The notes: a model not told the origin generated them from the sequence alone. Positions 10,584 to 24,452 are shown, counted from the stretch's first letter. The stretch: 64,000 nucleotides of DNA from Octopus bimaculoides (GCF_001194135.2 NC_068993.1:26096022-26160021), one strand, 5' to 3'. Translations and numbers: made by a program.

Positions 10584-13500
10584 CACATACATACACTCAT
10601 ATATATATTCAAAAACTAAAGAAGAGGGAAGCATTTCAAAAACAGAAACGTTCAAATATCATTGATGAACACTATTTCAGTAAACATGGAATTAATGTAC
10701 AGTAGTCAAGAGTGAGTTTTGTACCAAAATTATCTTTAAAAATATCTGCAATAAAGATATCTGCAATGAAGAAAATGTATAAATTAAATAGGATTTAAAT
10801 AAAACAACAAACAGCTAAGAGTCAATGTTTACTAGTACCCAGTAGGAAGACACTTAAGAAATAACTGTAACAAGGTTGAAATGGTTTGAATTCTACAAAA
10901 ATAATTCCTAGTAAGCAGGGGACTTTAGGAAGTAGTATAAAAGGTGGGACTAATGTTTCATGTGAGGATTTTATTCTTCTCCGGTGAAGGGCCTCAGCTG
11001 AAAGTGTAGTCTTCACTTCTCCCAGTACACTTATATATTCTTCTGTTTTTGAAAATTTAAGAGGAACATTTACAGAACGTTATGCTTCAACAATTCTTTA
11101 ATGTAATATCTATTTAAGAATCTGATTTCTGTGCAAGGAAGGTAAGAAATACGGGGAAATTAACTGTTAAACTGTAATAAATACAGACTCAGTTTTTCTT
11201 TGTTTATTTGAACTGCTTTTATTGAATATGTTTTTGATAAATCTATTTTGAAGGTTCATTTAGCAATTGAAGCAATCTTTGAACTGGAAAAATAGATGAA
11301 AGAAAACTAAAGACAATTAGAACAGATGATGTATATATATTCAAAGTTTGTTTCTATTGTTTTGAGATATAGACAGGTGGAGATTTGGCAATGACATAAG
11401 TAGATCAAACAATTATGAAGAATATACAACCACTACATCTTATCAGATATTAATAACACTGACATGGCTAAATATTACATTTAGGTATATTTTTGCTTTG
11501 TCTTGCTTTCGTACTATCATAGGTTGGAGTATCTATGTTCCTCTCCTTTAAACATCTTAGTTTTTATGCATAAGAGCCAACTATAATAAGAGTTGAGGGG
11601 TGGCAAAAATCCACAGTAATATGCAGTTGTATCTCTTTACATTCTGTATCCAAATCCTGCTGGTGTCATATTTGCTTTTCATCTCCACAAAATGCATTGC
11701 AGTAATTGCACTGGAACTGAGTTCAAAGTTCTGAGTTCAAATCATGCCATGATCAACTTTACCTTTCATCCTCTTAAGATCAATTAAAATACCAGTCAAG
11801 TTGAGAGATTAAACAGAATAATCTCTTATCCATAAATTTCTGACCTTGTGCTTATATTATAAACAATTAATAGCAACAGATTCATAAAACTAAGGGATCA
11901 TTAGATAAAATGACATGTACTATTAAGGAGAATTCCTTCATGTTGTGTGTGCAAACCTTGTCAGGGCTATCATTGTTTCTAAACTTCAGGATGGAGTTGG
12001 GAAGGGAGGAAAAAACATTAGTACCAGTCATGTGCAGAGATTGAATAAAATGCCTGCACTTTCTCCACGTAATATATAGCTTTGTACTTATGTCAGAAAA
12101 AATGTTTTTCTTTGTTAATAGAAAACAAAGTAAATCCCAGTGAAAATTAAATCAATGAAACTCGTTTTTTTTTTTTCCTGCCTTTAAAGGCTATGTCAGT
12201 TCGAAGGAAACAAATGCAGAACATTGAGATACTAGAGAAAATTATGTTTCCAGGCCAGTGTTTTCTTTTATTTCAGTCATTTTCACAAGCATGTTACTAA
12301 TAAATATTAGCCACAGACATTATCTTCAGTGTTTGTAACTGGTTAAAAATTTAGCCATCAAGCTTTGGAATTAGATAACTCCAGTCTATAGATTGGGAGT
12401 TATATTTATAAATATAAATAGTGGATAATGGTGGACTGTTTTACAAAGCAAGAAGCAATGCTAGTAAAATGATGCCAGTGGTAGTAGTGTTGCTGAGAAG
12501 AGAAGTGGTAGTGGTCAATATTGTTAGTAAAAAGTCAAACTTCAACTGCATCATACTTGTTTACCTGTTACTCAGACAGCATGACACCCACTAGCTGGTA
12601 TTTGTTATCTCCTAGCTAGTGTTTATGTTAAGGAAATCAATCAAAATGGAACTGCTACTTATTGCTTGCCCTTGTTGTTATTTTTGTGTTGTTATAATAG
12701 ATGTGAAACATAGCATGAATGCTGTGTGTACTTTTGATATCATTTCCCAGTTCCTGATACAACTCTGGTGTAAACTGATACTCATACAACAGCTTTTTAC
12801 TAGCTTGATTGGATAACAGGCTAGTCTAAAGATCTGTTGACATGAAACACACATACACACACACACACACAGACATACATACACACACATAACATTCATT
12901 CAGACACACAGACTAAATACCACTCTGCATATGCACACCACACACATACACAAAGATAACAGAACATACACATACACCAAAAGGTAACTCCACCTTCCCT
13001 ACTGTTAGTTGCTGCACCAAATCAGAAATAAAAGATAAACTAAATAATAGGTGACAATCATAAGTACTAGAGACTTACATATTACACTAAGGTTGTGACA
13101 GTTAATTGCTTGATCACAACATAGTCAATATTTTCTAAGCAGTTGAAATGTTCAAGAACCAGTTAACCATTCACCTTTGATGTTATTAACTTTACTTGAA
13201 ATTGGTCATATTCATCAAAAATAAAGATCAGACTTTTGCCTTTATAATCTCTGACAATATAAAGGAAAGTTGATCTAGCATAATGAATGAAGATAGTTCC
13301 ATGTTTCCAATCATGCGATTGATGTAAGTTTTACTGTATAATTATGTTCAGATGCAAGAACAGTCCAAATTCACTAATCATATGTCCAGTAAATAGCATT
13401 CTTCTCACACTTTATACAATAAACATCTTTTTAGACTTTAAAATCAACATTATATTTTATGACATATACAATACCATTTTCCATAGAAACTCTAATAATA

Positions 13501-13689
13501 TACAAATTTTAAAATGTATATTGAATAGGCAAATTGAGTATTATAACATTTTGGTTTGTTTTGTTATTGACATCTATTTTCTTGTTGCTTTTTTTTTTTG
13601 TTTTATTTAACGCCCATTACATGAACTTGCTCTTGTTAAAAATCAATTATGAAAAGGTCAGATTAACTGATTCCACAAGAACAGGTCAG

Positions 13690-14020
13690 TTGGAGAAAAC
13701 CCTGATCTTAAGAAGGCATACAACAATTATGTTGAAACACTACGCACATTAGATTATTCTACTGAACTCATTGAGTCATATGAAAGCAGAGGGAGTATAC
13801 ATCTACAAGACTGAGAAATATGGAGGCTTAACCATCATATTACAATAATCTGGCTTCCAAACCAAAGTCCTTGCCATAAAGGTGGGAGTAAGAGGGTGTG
13901 TGGGCTAATCTGCCAATGATCTTATGAAACAGTTCTCAATTTCCAAGAGAAAAAGAACTAGAGCTCTTAAGGTAATGGCAAAAGCAGCCAAGAAGGGTTC
14001 CAGCTGGATCTGGTCAAAGA
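13690..14020 (+). mobile_element. RLE-type non-LTR retrotransposon 3' remnant (Hero/NeSL-like C-terminus)
   Basis: Translation KVLAIKVGVRGCVG*SANDLMKQFSISKRKRTRALKVMAKAAKKGSSWIWSK matches the EVG.RGF.G...A..AE..S.WIW C-terminus of RLE elements. An upstream frameshifted IILIELT.PYES-like block is also present. Confidence 0.75.
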
Positions 14021-16539
14021 ATAATGGAACTGAATTTCAGGAGGCATCATTTATTCTACCTTTAACTCCCATCTCAGACTGAACTAGTGACAATACCCAA
14101 GTTACTTTGGCTTTGAGGCACTTTAACCACTCAGGAGGATTGCAATGCAAACAGTAGCACAGAGTGTAACAGCAGAGTATCCAGGAGTCATGAGTTAAAA
14201 GCTGAAGCAATTGCATAGGGAGGAGAAGGGAGGGCTTCCTCTCTGAAGACCTTCTGCTGTTCAGCTCTCCTTAGAGTTTCTGACTAGCTATCTGGCTGAG
14301 TTAGATTGGCTGATGACAAATTCTATTGTTATATCACAGCTGAGTGGGGGGGGGGGGGTGATTAGCAGTTATAAACAAGTTGCCCCAACAAATCCCAACC
14401 ATAATGGTATGGAAAAGTAAATGTAAAATAGAAATAAAATTGAAACACAAATAAAACAGAGCTCAGGTCAAACTAACTTCAACCAGACCCTTAAATGAAA
14501 TAGAATACACTTTATAATAAAGAATAAGTGAACTGAGACAATAACATCTTTCAATAGATGAACATATTTTAGAGCTACTAAAAACGTTCTTAAAGTTGAC
14601 TCTTGGAATGTTCCAGCCATTTTTTTGAAAGCTTACATCAATAAAATAAATTCAAACAGTAAATGTTTATATTCCAGTTAAAATGTGGCAAAAACAGGAC
14701 ATTCAATGCAGAAGAGGCTCCATTACACACCAATACTGAAGTAACAAACCATTGAGGAAGCTTCTATGTTGTGGCAATATCTACTAGACACAGCAACCAA
14801 AGCACCCTCTAATAACACTCAATTATCTTAAATAAATAAAGAACATATCACAGTTCTACATATCCACTAAAATTATGAGATGGTAATGAAAGAACACTTC
14901 TGATCATAGGCTTACTACTCAATCAGAGCCAACCTAGAGATAAAAAATAACATACTGAGTTATAATATATAATGTGATCACCTCCTTTATTCATACAATG
15001 AAACAAGTTTTATTTGTGAAATTTCTGCCATATAACCATCATGAACAATAACTTATTCTTCAAAATGTAAAAACTTCTATACCCACATGTTAGTAAACTA
15101 GCATTATAAACTATTAAGATTTTCTTTCCACCTTTCTTTGATTTTTTTGAAACTAGAATTAGAAATGTCTATAGCATTCATGGGCTTTCTTTCTCTACAA
15201 GGCAACAGGGACAATATCATTAATGTTCAGTGGAGAGAAACATGAGCAGACAGAGGGTTCCAAAGGGATGTAGTTCTAGATGAAAATTAGCAAGGTGGTG
15301 TGCATGAAGTCTAAAATGTGAGACACACATCTGGCAGGGGAACTAGAGGCGAGAGCACTGAAATATTCTAGGTCAGGTGTGGTAAAATCTTCATCATCAA
15401 GGACATTTAGAATATAAAAACTGCTGAAATAATTAGCAAAAGAGACATCAACATAATATAAATGAGCCAGAATTTGTAAATCAGGTGATTGAAGATCTGC
15501 TGTTCTAGGTTCAAATTTGTAGTAAGCAGTTAATAACAAACTGATAGTGATCACAATTATCTGGAAGAGAACTTTGTAAATTTTGTGTAAATTAACCATA
15601 AATGAAGTTGTTGAAATACAGATCACAAAGTAGTTGAAGTTATGCTACATCAATTTCTCAAGTTTTATGAAGAAAAATTATAGAGAAGTAATGAATTGAA
15701 TACCAATTATTATTATCATTATAATCATTACTATATTCATCATAGATTGTTAAGTAATAAAATAATGAATTGGGCTAACTCATTCAGTCTTAATTCTTTG
15801 TTTTAAATTCAAATCTGCGAGAGTTGGGGTTTTCCTTTCAACCTTTAATGGTTGATGAAATAAGGGCCAATTCTACTGATGATAGCTGTCATACAAAATT
15901 TCTGGCCTTATTCCAATCTAAACAACCATTATCATTCATCATCATCATCATCATCATCATCATTTAGCACATTTTTCCATGCTGACATGGGTAAGACGGT
16001 TTGACTGGAGCTGGTAAAATGCACCAATTATTATTATTATTATTATGATTATGATTATTATTAAGGTGGTGAGCTAGCAGGATTGTTAGCACACTAGACA
16101 AAATGCCTAGCAGCATTTCATCCGTCATTACATTCCAAACTCAATTCCACTGGAGTTAAATCAATCAACTAAAGCCTTGGTTGAAGATACTCAATATTTA
16201 ACAACTGAAGCACAAGTTCAATTCCCAGCTGCAGTTCTTTTACTGATGGATTGTAAGAAGCACTGACATCAAATCAAACAATTGTTGTAGTCTACTCACT
16301 ATGAAGGGGGTCGATAAATGACTGCTTACAGCATAATGAAATAGTAATCATTTTATTATAATTATCATTTTTCTATTTAATCATAATTATCATATAACTC
16401 ATTAAATTGTGATATTCACAAATCATTTCAAATAGTAACCAGAGGTAACCATTAATTATATTAAGATACAATGATACCCACAAATCATATCAGAGATACC
16501 AATATAGCATATTAAAGAGAACGATATCTACATGTCATA

Positions 16540-17255
16540 TCTTATACAGAGGTGTCCACACTATATTAAAATATACTTGTGACTACATTGTATTAATTAT
16601 AGCAACATCCACACATTATACTGAATATTGAATGGTTCACATTATATTAAATATAGTGATGTTCACAGTGTATTAAATATAGTGACATCCACATTATAGA
16701 AAATTTAGTGATGACTAGAGATTATACTAAATATTGTGATGATCACACATTATGCTAAATATAGTCATGATAATATACCGACTATTGGGATGACCAAACT
16801 ATACTGAACATATGATATCCACAATGCATTAACTATGGAGATATCCATACATTTTATTAAATGCAGTGATATGTACACATTATCATCATCATCATCATCG
16901 TTTAACGTCCGCTTTCCATGCTAGCATGGGTTGGACGATTTGACTGAGGACTGGTGAAACCGGATGGCAACACCAGGCTCCAGTCTGATTTGGCAGAGTT
17001 TCTACAGCTGGATGCCCTTCCTAACGCCAACCACTCAGAGAGTGTAGTGGGTGCTTTTACNNNNNNNNNNNNNNNNNNNNNNNNNNNNNNNNNNNNNNNN
17101 NNNNNNNNNNNNNNNNNNNNNNNNNNNNNNNNNNNNNNNNNNNNNNNNNNNNNNNNNNNNNNNNNNNNNNNNNNNNNNNNNNNNNNNNNNNNNNNNNNNN
17201 NNNNNNNNNNNNNNNNNNNNNNNNNNNNNNNNNNNNNNNNNNNNNNNNNNNNNNN

Positions 17256-17300
<45 letters not shown>

Positions 17301-17700
17301 CTGAATATAGTGATATCAAAATTATACTAATATAGCAATATCAACACATGATGTAAAATATACTAATGACAACATTATACAGAATAGAGAGACATCCATA
17401 TAATAGGAAATATAGAGATGTCTACATATCAGATATAGTGATTTCCACCTTACATTGGATATAGTTATATCCACATTATATTATGTATGAAATTGACAGC
17501 AAGTTATATCAAATATGAGTGCACACCAGAGTACATATACAACACCAACAATGAGATTTGACTCAAGGCCTATAAAAAGGCAATATACAATCATATCTTA
17601 TGTGTTCAGTATTCTTATATCTTAATTGTAGACATGATATCCATTAACATCAGTATAAATACAGTGATATCTAGTAATATCAGTACAGCATACTGAAGAC
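16540..17700. repeat. Degenerate ~26-30 bp minisatellite interrupted by an RTE tail and a gap
   Basis: Recurring aaatatagtgat(a/g)tccacattatact variants at 16540-16880 and again at ~17295-17700. Confidence 0.7.
16882..17060 (-). mobile_element. RTE LINE 3' tail with (GAT)n end
   Basis: catcatcatcgtttaacgtccgctttccatgctagcatgggttggacg..., same tail as the RTE at 41255-42103 in the opposite orientation. Confidence 0.9.
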
Positions 17701-17814
17701 GGTTGTGATTGCAACTCAGAAAATTTTATCAATAGATGTAGGATTAGTGAAATCATCCATATTAAATCTAATCTCCAAATACCAGCATACTCTAACAAAC
17801 AAACTATATTGCTG

Positions 17815-18050
17815 CCAAGTTCAAAGTGTGGTCCACATTACTCAGTAAGAAGTACAGGGGCAGTGTATATATTCCTCCCTGGACAGATTGCTAGTCTGTC
17901 ACAGGGTTACGCATTTTCATCAGCTGAGTGGACTAGAGAAACATGAAGTGTTTTGCTCAAGAACACAATGCATCACCCAGTGCAGGGATCGATACCACAA
18001 TCTTACAATCATGAGTCCAACACCTTAACCACTATGCCACGCACCTCCAC
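17815..18050 (-). mobile_element. tRNA-derived SINE family C
   Basis: Minus-strand head gtggaggtgcgtggcatagtggttaagg (A box) ... ggtatcgatccc (B box) ... tgtgttcttgagcaaaacac. Confidence 0.8.
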
Positions 18051-18172
18051 ATATCATGTTGAATGCACCAGTTCTCATCCAATAAACCAAAGTTAAGCAA
18101 CGTTAGTACTTAGTTAGTACCTAGTTAGTACTTAGACGGGTAACTGCTTGGGAAGCCTAGGCGTTGTAATCT
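18050..18172 (+). pseudogene. 5S rRNA pseudogene
   Basis: catatcatgttgaatgcaccagttctcatcc...aagttaagcaacg...gttagtacttagacgggtaactgcttgggaagcctaggcgttgta aligns along the length of metazoan 5S rRNA (box A aagttaagc, box C region). It shows CpG-type decay, lacks the first ~9 nt and has an 11-nt internal triplication. Confidence 0.85.
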
Positions 18173-19388
18173 GTCATGTAAATGAAGCCTAATTTTACTA
18201 ATTCATCTAGCACTAATGTACCAGATGTACGTGAAAGACCATTAATACCTTGAAATTGGTTTGATAATTAACTGCATGCAAAACAAGGAGACAAAGGTCA
18301 AGTAAAATGTAATGTCTTGTTGAAGCTGAAAAACTTGACAAACTTTTACTGAGTTTCACATAACTCATCATCAGACAGAAGTGAACTTTTGGAACAGTAC
18401 AATGGTTTATAAATGTTCATAACTGATGCCATGGTAACGTTTTGGTAAAATCATCAAATAAGCATTTAAAGCAGATTGGACGGGGGTTTATGATGCTTTA
18501 AAATCAGTGGAATGTGTTGGCTAAAACCACTAGCTATTGACAAAGAACAATATAGACATTAAAATAGAGTAAGATAAAGATGAATAAAATGAATCACATT
18601 GTATTAGTATAGGGTAATAGTTATACTATTTGCAGAAAAGGAAAACAAAATTCATTTTAAAAATTAAGAATTCAAGAAACACAAATACAAAAAAAAAAAA
18701 AAATTAAAACAGGGCCAATATGTGAATCACAAAATAAATTATACACACACATACACATACACCACACATACACATACACCACACACACAAACACACATAT
18801 GCAAACATTTGCACATACATTAGAGTAAAGACAAAATCAAATACTGATATTTTGAATGTATTTAATACATGTTTCTGTTAGTTATGTAAGCTAACCCTTA
18901 TACAATCCTGTTTAAGTGTCTAAGTACCTAATTTATATATTTGTACTGATGTGTATGCATCTTTAAATGTGTTTTGATGGATGTATATCTGTACATGTAT
19001 GCATAGTTATATGAAAGTTATCATGTACATGAGTGAATACGTATATGTAAATCTGTATATCTAAGTGTATGTGCATCTCCACACAAATGTATATATGTTG
19101 GAGGTTTGAGTTTTTTTCTTTGTACATGTGTCTGTGCATTTAAACTGATTTAAAAATAAAGGTATATTTACACACACACACACACACACACACATATAAA
19201 ATATATGTATGTTTATATATACATTAATTTATATACATATCAGTTTCTGGGCAGGCTTTTCACCTTCAAACTATATTATATTATATATAGTTCTGCATGC
19301 AACCAACTCCATGTATTTAAATGCTTTCCACAATAAACTTGCACTTTTTTAAATGGCTCAGGGGAAGCTATGTGATACAAGCACTCAC

Positions 19389-19421
19389 CTCTGAATGCAA
19401 AGCTTCTTTTAGCATAAACAA
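19389..19421 (-). CDS. Candidate internal exon 4 (LFMLKEALHSE)
   Basis: tttcattagcttacag|TTGTTT...TCAGAG|gtgagt. 33 nt, phase 0 to 0, strong donor and acceptor. Confidence 0.5.
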
Positions 19422-19595
19422 CTGTAAGCTAATGAAAGTGATTACATAGTTCCTGTTCTGTTGTCATTCACACACACGCACACAAATATATGTGCATATA
19501 TACACACGTATACATACACAAAATACTACACATTGAGACTATTACACGAATACACATATTCAGATGGTAGCACTCAAAAACATTTAATAAATGCC

Positions 19596-19645
<50 letters not shown>

Positions 19646-21215
19646 CGTGTGCGCGCATGCGCGTACGTGCATGCTGCAATTGCCTGAATCTAGATGCCAG
19701 CTGGTCTTGCTTCACAAATTCAACAAATATTATGGATACATTTTACGTTTGTCACTGATAGGTGTTTCTGTTACATATATCCTACATCATACCTAATAGT
19801 ATATATACAAAATGACCACATCTAGAAATATAAATAAAACATTTTATTCATCAGCTAACATATACATTGATATAGATCAGTTCAAAACACATACAAACAG
19901 TACAACCAAACAATAACAATTTCTTATGTTAGGAAGTTTTTGAAAGGCCTCAGGGGATAATTGAACTGTGATAGTTTTGAAAGGATGCACAAAATAACTT
20001 CAATTAGCAGCTGCTCGTAAAAGTAATTGTTTGGGAGAAAGAGGTATATAGTTTATTAAATAGCCCCCATTAGACCACTGATACTCTATTGCTCAAATTC
20101 AGGGAGATGAATTGTAAAATTAACAGAGGCAGGAATAGGCCAGACATTTGCAGCAATGTGAAAGCGAGAGGTGAGATAAATGTCATCAATAGTTAGGCTA
20201 AAGTTTGCATTCGAAAAGCAACAGTGTCAAACAACAATACACAGTACAGCTACATAAGGTGAGGCAGGTGAAACTTAATCTCCAGGAATTTTATTATTAA
20301 CTGAGAGTCCTTTCACTCATTCTCTTTATATCTCTCTTTCTCTTCATCTCTTCTCCTCTTCTACTGTCTTTCCACCACCAAAATTTGCCACCTTGAATCC
20401 GTAATCTCTTTTTTATCTTCTCTTTTCTTGCTAATTACTCTCCCCCATCACCTACCAATCTTCCTCACTTCCATCATTCATGAGTAATAATGTGAGGTGA
20501 ATCAAATCTTGTATAATTTTTTTATATTTTTTTGTACAATTTTTAAAATATGAAATATTTTAAAGATTTAATCTATGTGTGAGTACGTGTATGTTTGCCT
20601 GTATGTGTGCTTGAGTGTTAATGTGTATAAAAGTGTTTGGAAATTACTTGTCAGTAGTTTTGCATGAAATGCCACATATATATGCAAATTAAGATTTGGC
20701 ATAAATGAACAATACTATTTTGCTGAGCTCAGCTTACAGTTTAAGATTAAAATGCAAAATTGTTGTTTACAACAGTCTCTGTAGATCCTACATATATCTA
20801 CCACATTAGTGGTGTCTGCCAATCAGCAGGAGCTTCAACACAATTAGCTAAATAAAATATATAGCAGACATTTTCTTATTCCTATTCAAATGTTTGTTAA
20901 AATTTGTCTTATTAACTGAAAACTGATGTAATTTTTATATTAACAAGTAAAGAAAAATACTACAAAACCTATATTGTTATAAATGAGTCTATAGGCTTTG
21001 TTCAACTTTGATATTTTTCTAAGCTTTCAGAGTAGAGGAGAGCTTGAATCTACAACCTACAGACAAACATGAACAGAAAAACTGATGAAGGTAGGTGATA
21101 GTTTCTCATGCTATTTCTAAATGCTAAACTTACACCAAAGCCTCTGAAGATAAATGCATGGTGAACCAATTTACTTTAATAGTATAAGAGATTCTGTGAC
21201 AAGTTAGGATTTCAA

Positions 21216-21269
<54 letters not shown>

Positions 21270-21557
21270 GACAGAGAACAGCTTTTTTTACTACCATTCT
21301 TCAAACAAGCTGCCTTTTATGACTGTCAAGATTTATCAGTATTAGGTCATTTGCCAAAAGCCTACATTGAGAGAGGGAACATTCCTTTCTTGCAATAGAC
21401 TTGATATTCTTCTTCCTAACTTTACAGCATTCAGTCCAGCACATGAATGTCAAAGAAGATAAACTCTCACTATATTTAGTTGTTTACTCTACATTTTTGC
21501 TGACTGCTGCTGCCACACTTGAACTTGTTTGTTGCAGCACTTTAAAATCTACACCTA

Positions 21558-21625
<68 letters not shown>

Positions 21626-21643
21626 ACAACATATACACATTCT

Positions 21644-21690
<47 letters not shown>

Positions 21691-22241
21691 TATCATTCAT
21701 TCCTTCACTTGCTTGCTTCATTTCTTCTTTAAAATTAGCAGAAGGGACACTATAATGCTGCAGAGGAGGCAGGCTAGCATAATGGGAGATGAGATAATGC
21801 TCTGAAATTGGGATCAGAGGAGAGAGAAAGAAAGAGGTCAGGGTGACAATTTTGGTAATATTCCAGTCGGTGCTATATAAATAAATGTATAATTAGCATC
21901 ACTTTCACACCAAAACAGAAGGCAAATTAAAACACATGCAGCAATTAATGTGAACTAGCAAAGAAAAACAGTCTTTAAGATACATTTATGGTGTAAACAT
22001 TGCTACAAATTAGGGAGCCAAAAGAAAAAATAATAATAATTTAAGATGAAAATAAAATAAACAAACATATTAGAAAAATTCTTTTACATAAACCTTTATA
22101 ACCTAACTTAGAATTTTAAAAAGCCAAACAGATAAAAGAAGCAAATCAAAATATTCAGAGATGCATTATTAACTAATATTTAGGATTCTCATAGTGGCCT
22201 AAATAGACAAGAGGCCCATGTATAATGCAATTAGAATAATG

Positions 22242-22287
22242 CAGTTAGAATATACTATTACATATATGTAATAGTATATTCTAACTG
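22242..22287. repeat. Perfect 46-bp palindrome with no spacer
   Basis: cagttagaatatactattacata|tatgtaatagtatattctaactg; the halves are exact reverse complements. Confidence 0.97.
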
Positions 22288-22749
22288 TCAATAACAGCAG
22301 AGAACTATACAAGCTGTGCTGTTATTGACAGTCTAAATGTATATTTACATACTGAATGTAAATTAGAATTAACAATATTATAAAAAAAATAGTGAGGTGC
22401 TAGGAAGTGTTAGGGGTGGGGATGAAGTCAGAGTTAGACTTAAAGAATAGCTGATCTTAAGAGTAAAAACTCATGAGTTGGATAAAATAACTTTGTTGAT
22501 AGAATTATCCAACTCCTGTAAGCCGAAGAAACCACATAATTTAGTAGTAAGGGAACTAGACAATGAGGCACATGGTCCCATATTTTAAAGAATAAGAAGG
22601 TGTTAAGACATTAATGCCTTTCCCAACTGCATTAAAATGAATTTGTTTAACCAAGAATGCAAGTTACATCAATATAATGCTCACTGATATAATTTGAAAT
22701 GTTGAATATATGATGCAGCTCTCCTTTTATCCAATCATTTAGTTTTATG

Positions 22750-22990
22750 AAAGTTAGTGGGGCCATAACTTTGGTTTTTAATGTGGGTTTACTCCAAGCA
22801 AACAGGTGCAATTTTAGGGGAGGGGTTGAGTCAATTACATCAACCTCAGTGCTCGAATGGTACTTATCTTATCAACCCCAAAAGGATGAAAGGCAAAGTT
22901 GACCTTGGCAGAATTTGAACTCAGACACAGATGAAATGCCACTAAGCATTTTGCCCAGCATGCTAACGATTCTGCCAGCTTGCTGCCTCT
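22750..22990 (-). mobile_element. tRNA-derived SINE family B
   Basis: atcaaccccaaaaggatgaaaggcaaagttgaccttggcagaatttgaactcag ... ctaacgattctgccagcttgctgcc; same family as the array at 37470-39245. Confidence 0.85.
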
Positions 22991-22994
22991 GGGT

Positions 22995-24452
22995 ATCATC
23001 ATCATCATCGTTTAACGTCCGTTTTCTATGTTGGACAGTTTGACCGAGGTCTGAAGAGCCAGCGGCTGCACCAGGCTCCAATCTGATCTGGCAATGTTTC
23101 TACAGCTGGATGCCCTTCCCAATGCTAACCACTCCGAGAGTATAATGGGTGCTTTTTACGTGCCACTGGCACAGGAGCCTGTCACGGGATACTGGTGTCA
23201 GACACGTTCGGATGATGTTTTTTATGTACCAGCAGCAGGGGAGCCAGTCAGGGGGCACTGGCCACAGCTACAATTTTGGTTTTACTTGACTCAACAGGTC
23301 TTCTCAAGCATGTCATATCACCCGACACATCAAGGGTCCTCTTCAATGGGCCGGACATGCAACACTGGCATCGGTCATGGCTGCATTCTCACTTTAGTTG
23401 CCGGATTTTCTCAATCACAGCATATTTCCAAAGGTCTCAGTCTCCTGTCATTGCCTCTGTGAGGCCCAATGTTCGAAGGTCATGCTTCACCACCTCATCC
23501 TGTCTTCCTGGGTCTATCTCTTCCACAGGTTCCTTCCACAGTTAGAGTGTGACACTTACTCACACAGCTGTCCTCATCCATATGTAACACATGACCATAC
23601 CAGTGCAGTCATCTCTCTTACATACCACATTTGATGCTTCTTATACCCAACTTTTCTCTCAGGGCTCTTACACTCTGTCGTGTATGCACACCAACATTAC
23701 ACATAGTGGATCATACTAACTTCATTTCTTTCAAGCCTATGCATGTTTCCCGAGCGAGAGGCCCTTAGTTGCCAGCAGAGGTAGGAGTTCCCTGAACTTT
23801 GCCCAGGCTATTCTTATTCTAGACACTACTTCTGATTTTTTCCTCCTGGCATGTGATGGAATTTGCTTTCTGTACATCTTCAGTGTTTATTGCACCTGTG
23901 CATCTGTCACACACAAAAACTATCTTCCCAGTTAACCTTCCATTGGTATTGCTGCACCTTTTATGTGTCCATAGCTTACACCGGGTACATCATACGGAGT
24001 TTCTACCCACGCTTTTAATACACATCAAGCAGCGCCTCTACCTGAAGGGGTTTGTAATTTGATAGCCTTCCTACTTACTACGGCTTTAGTTTTTGCTAGG
24101 TTAACCCTAAGGCACTTTGATTTTAGACCTTGCTTCTACACCCTAAACTTTTGTCTCTAGTTCTGGCAGTGACTTGACTATTAGAGCAAGGTCATCAGCA
24201 TAGAAGAGCTCCCAGGGGTAGACTGTCTTAAATTCCTCTGTTATTGCCTGGAGGACTATAATGAATAAAAGGGGGCTGAGGAATGATCCTTAGTGAACCC
24301 CTACTTCTACCTGGAATTCTTCATTATACTCGTTGCTAAATCTCACCTTACTGACAGCATACCTGTACAGCTCTTACCAACCACTCATCTATTCCCAGTT
24401 TCCACAGTGACTACCAGATAAGGGATCAGGGTACCCTGTCAAAGACTTTCAA
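22995..24452 (-). mobile_element. 5'-truncated RTE-clade LINE: RT C-half, PHD insert and 3' UTR
   Basis: Minus strand gives a decayed PWELFYADD region, the CTRCKLWTHKRC zinc finger, C-terminal GR..TW..VV.HDLR and a (GAT)n tail. Confidence 0.9.

Noticed and set aside
11370-11485. Plus-strand exon-like frame (RWRFGNDISRSNNYEEY...) and a similar one at ~20100-20170
   Set aside because: No supporting chain of plus-strand exons and no homology.
12375-12403. Imperfect 29-bp palindrome (ataactccagtcta/tagattgggagttat)
   Set aside because: Short, with a mismatch and an indel; plausible by chance in 64 kb of AT-rich DNA.
13170-13490. Protein-like text on the minus strand (CIKCEKNAIYWTY, HDWKHGTIFIHYARSTFLYIVRDYKGK)
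   Set aside because: Needs several frameshifts and stops to join, and no family is recognised; cannot be separated from chance.
15276-15626. 116-aa minus-strand ORF with an acidic LDDEDFTTPDLEYF stretch
   Set aside because: No convincing donor site or homology, and the opposite strand looks like decayed repeat.
20790-21550. Extra exon-like segments (ANCVEAPADWQTPLM at ~20.8 kb, FKVLQQTSSSVAAAVSKNV at ~21.5 kb) and one at ~33130-33180
   Set aside because: Weaker donors, and phases incompatible with the exon chain; such AG-GT open segments are frequent by chance.
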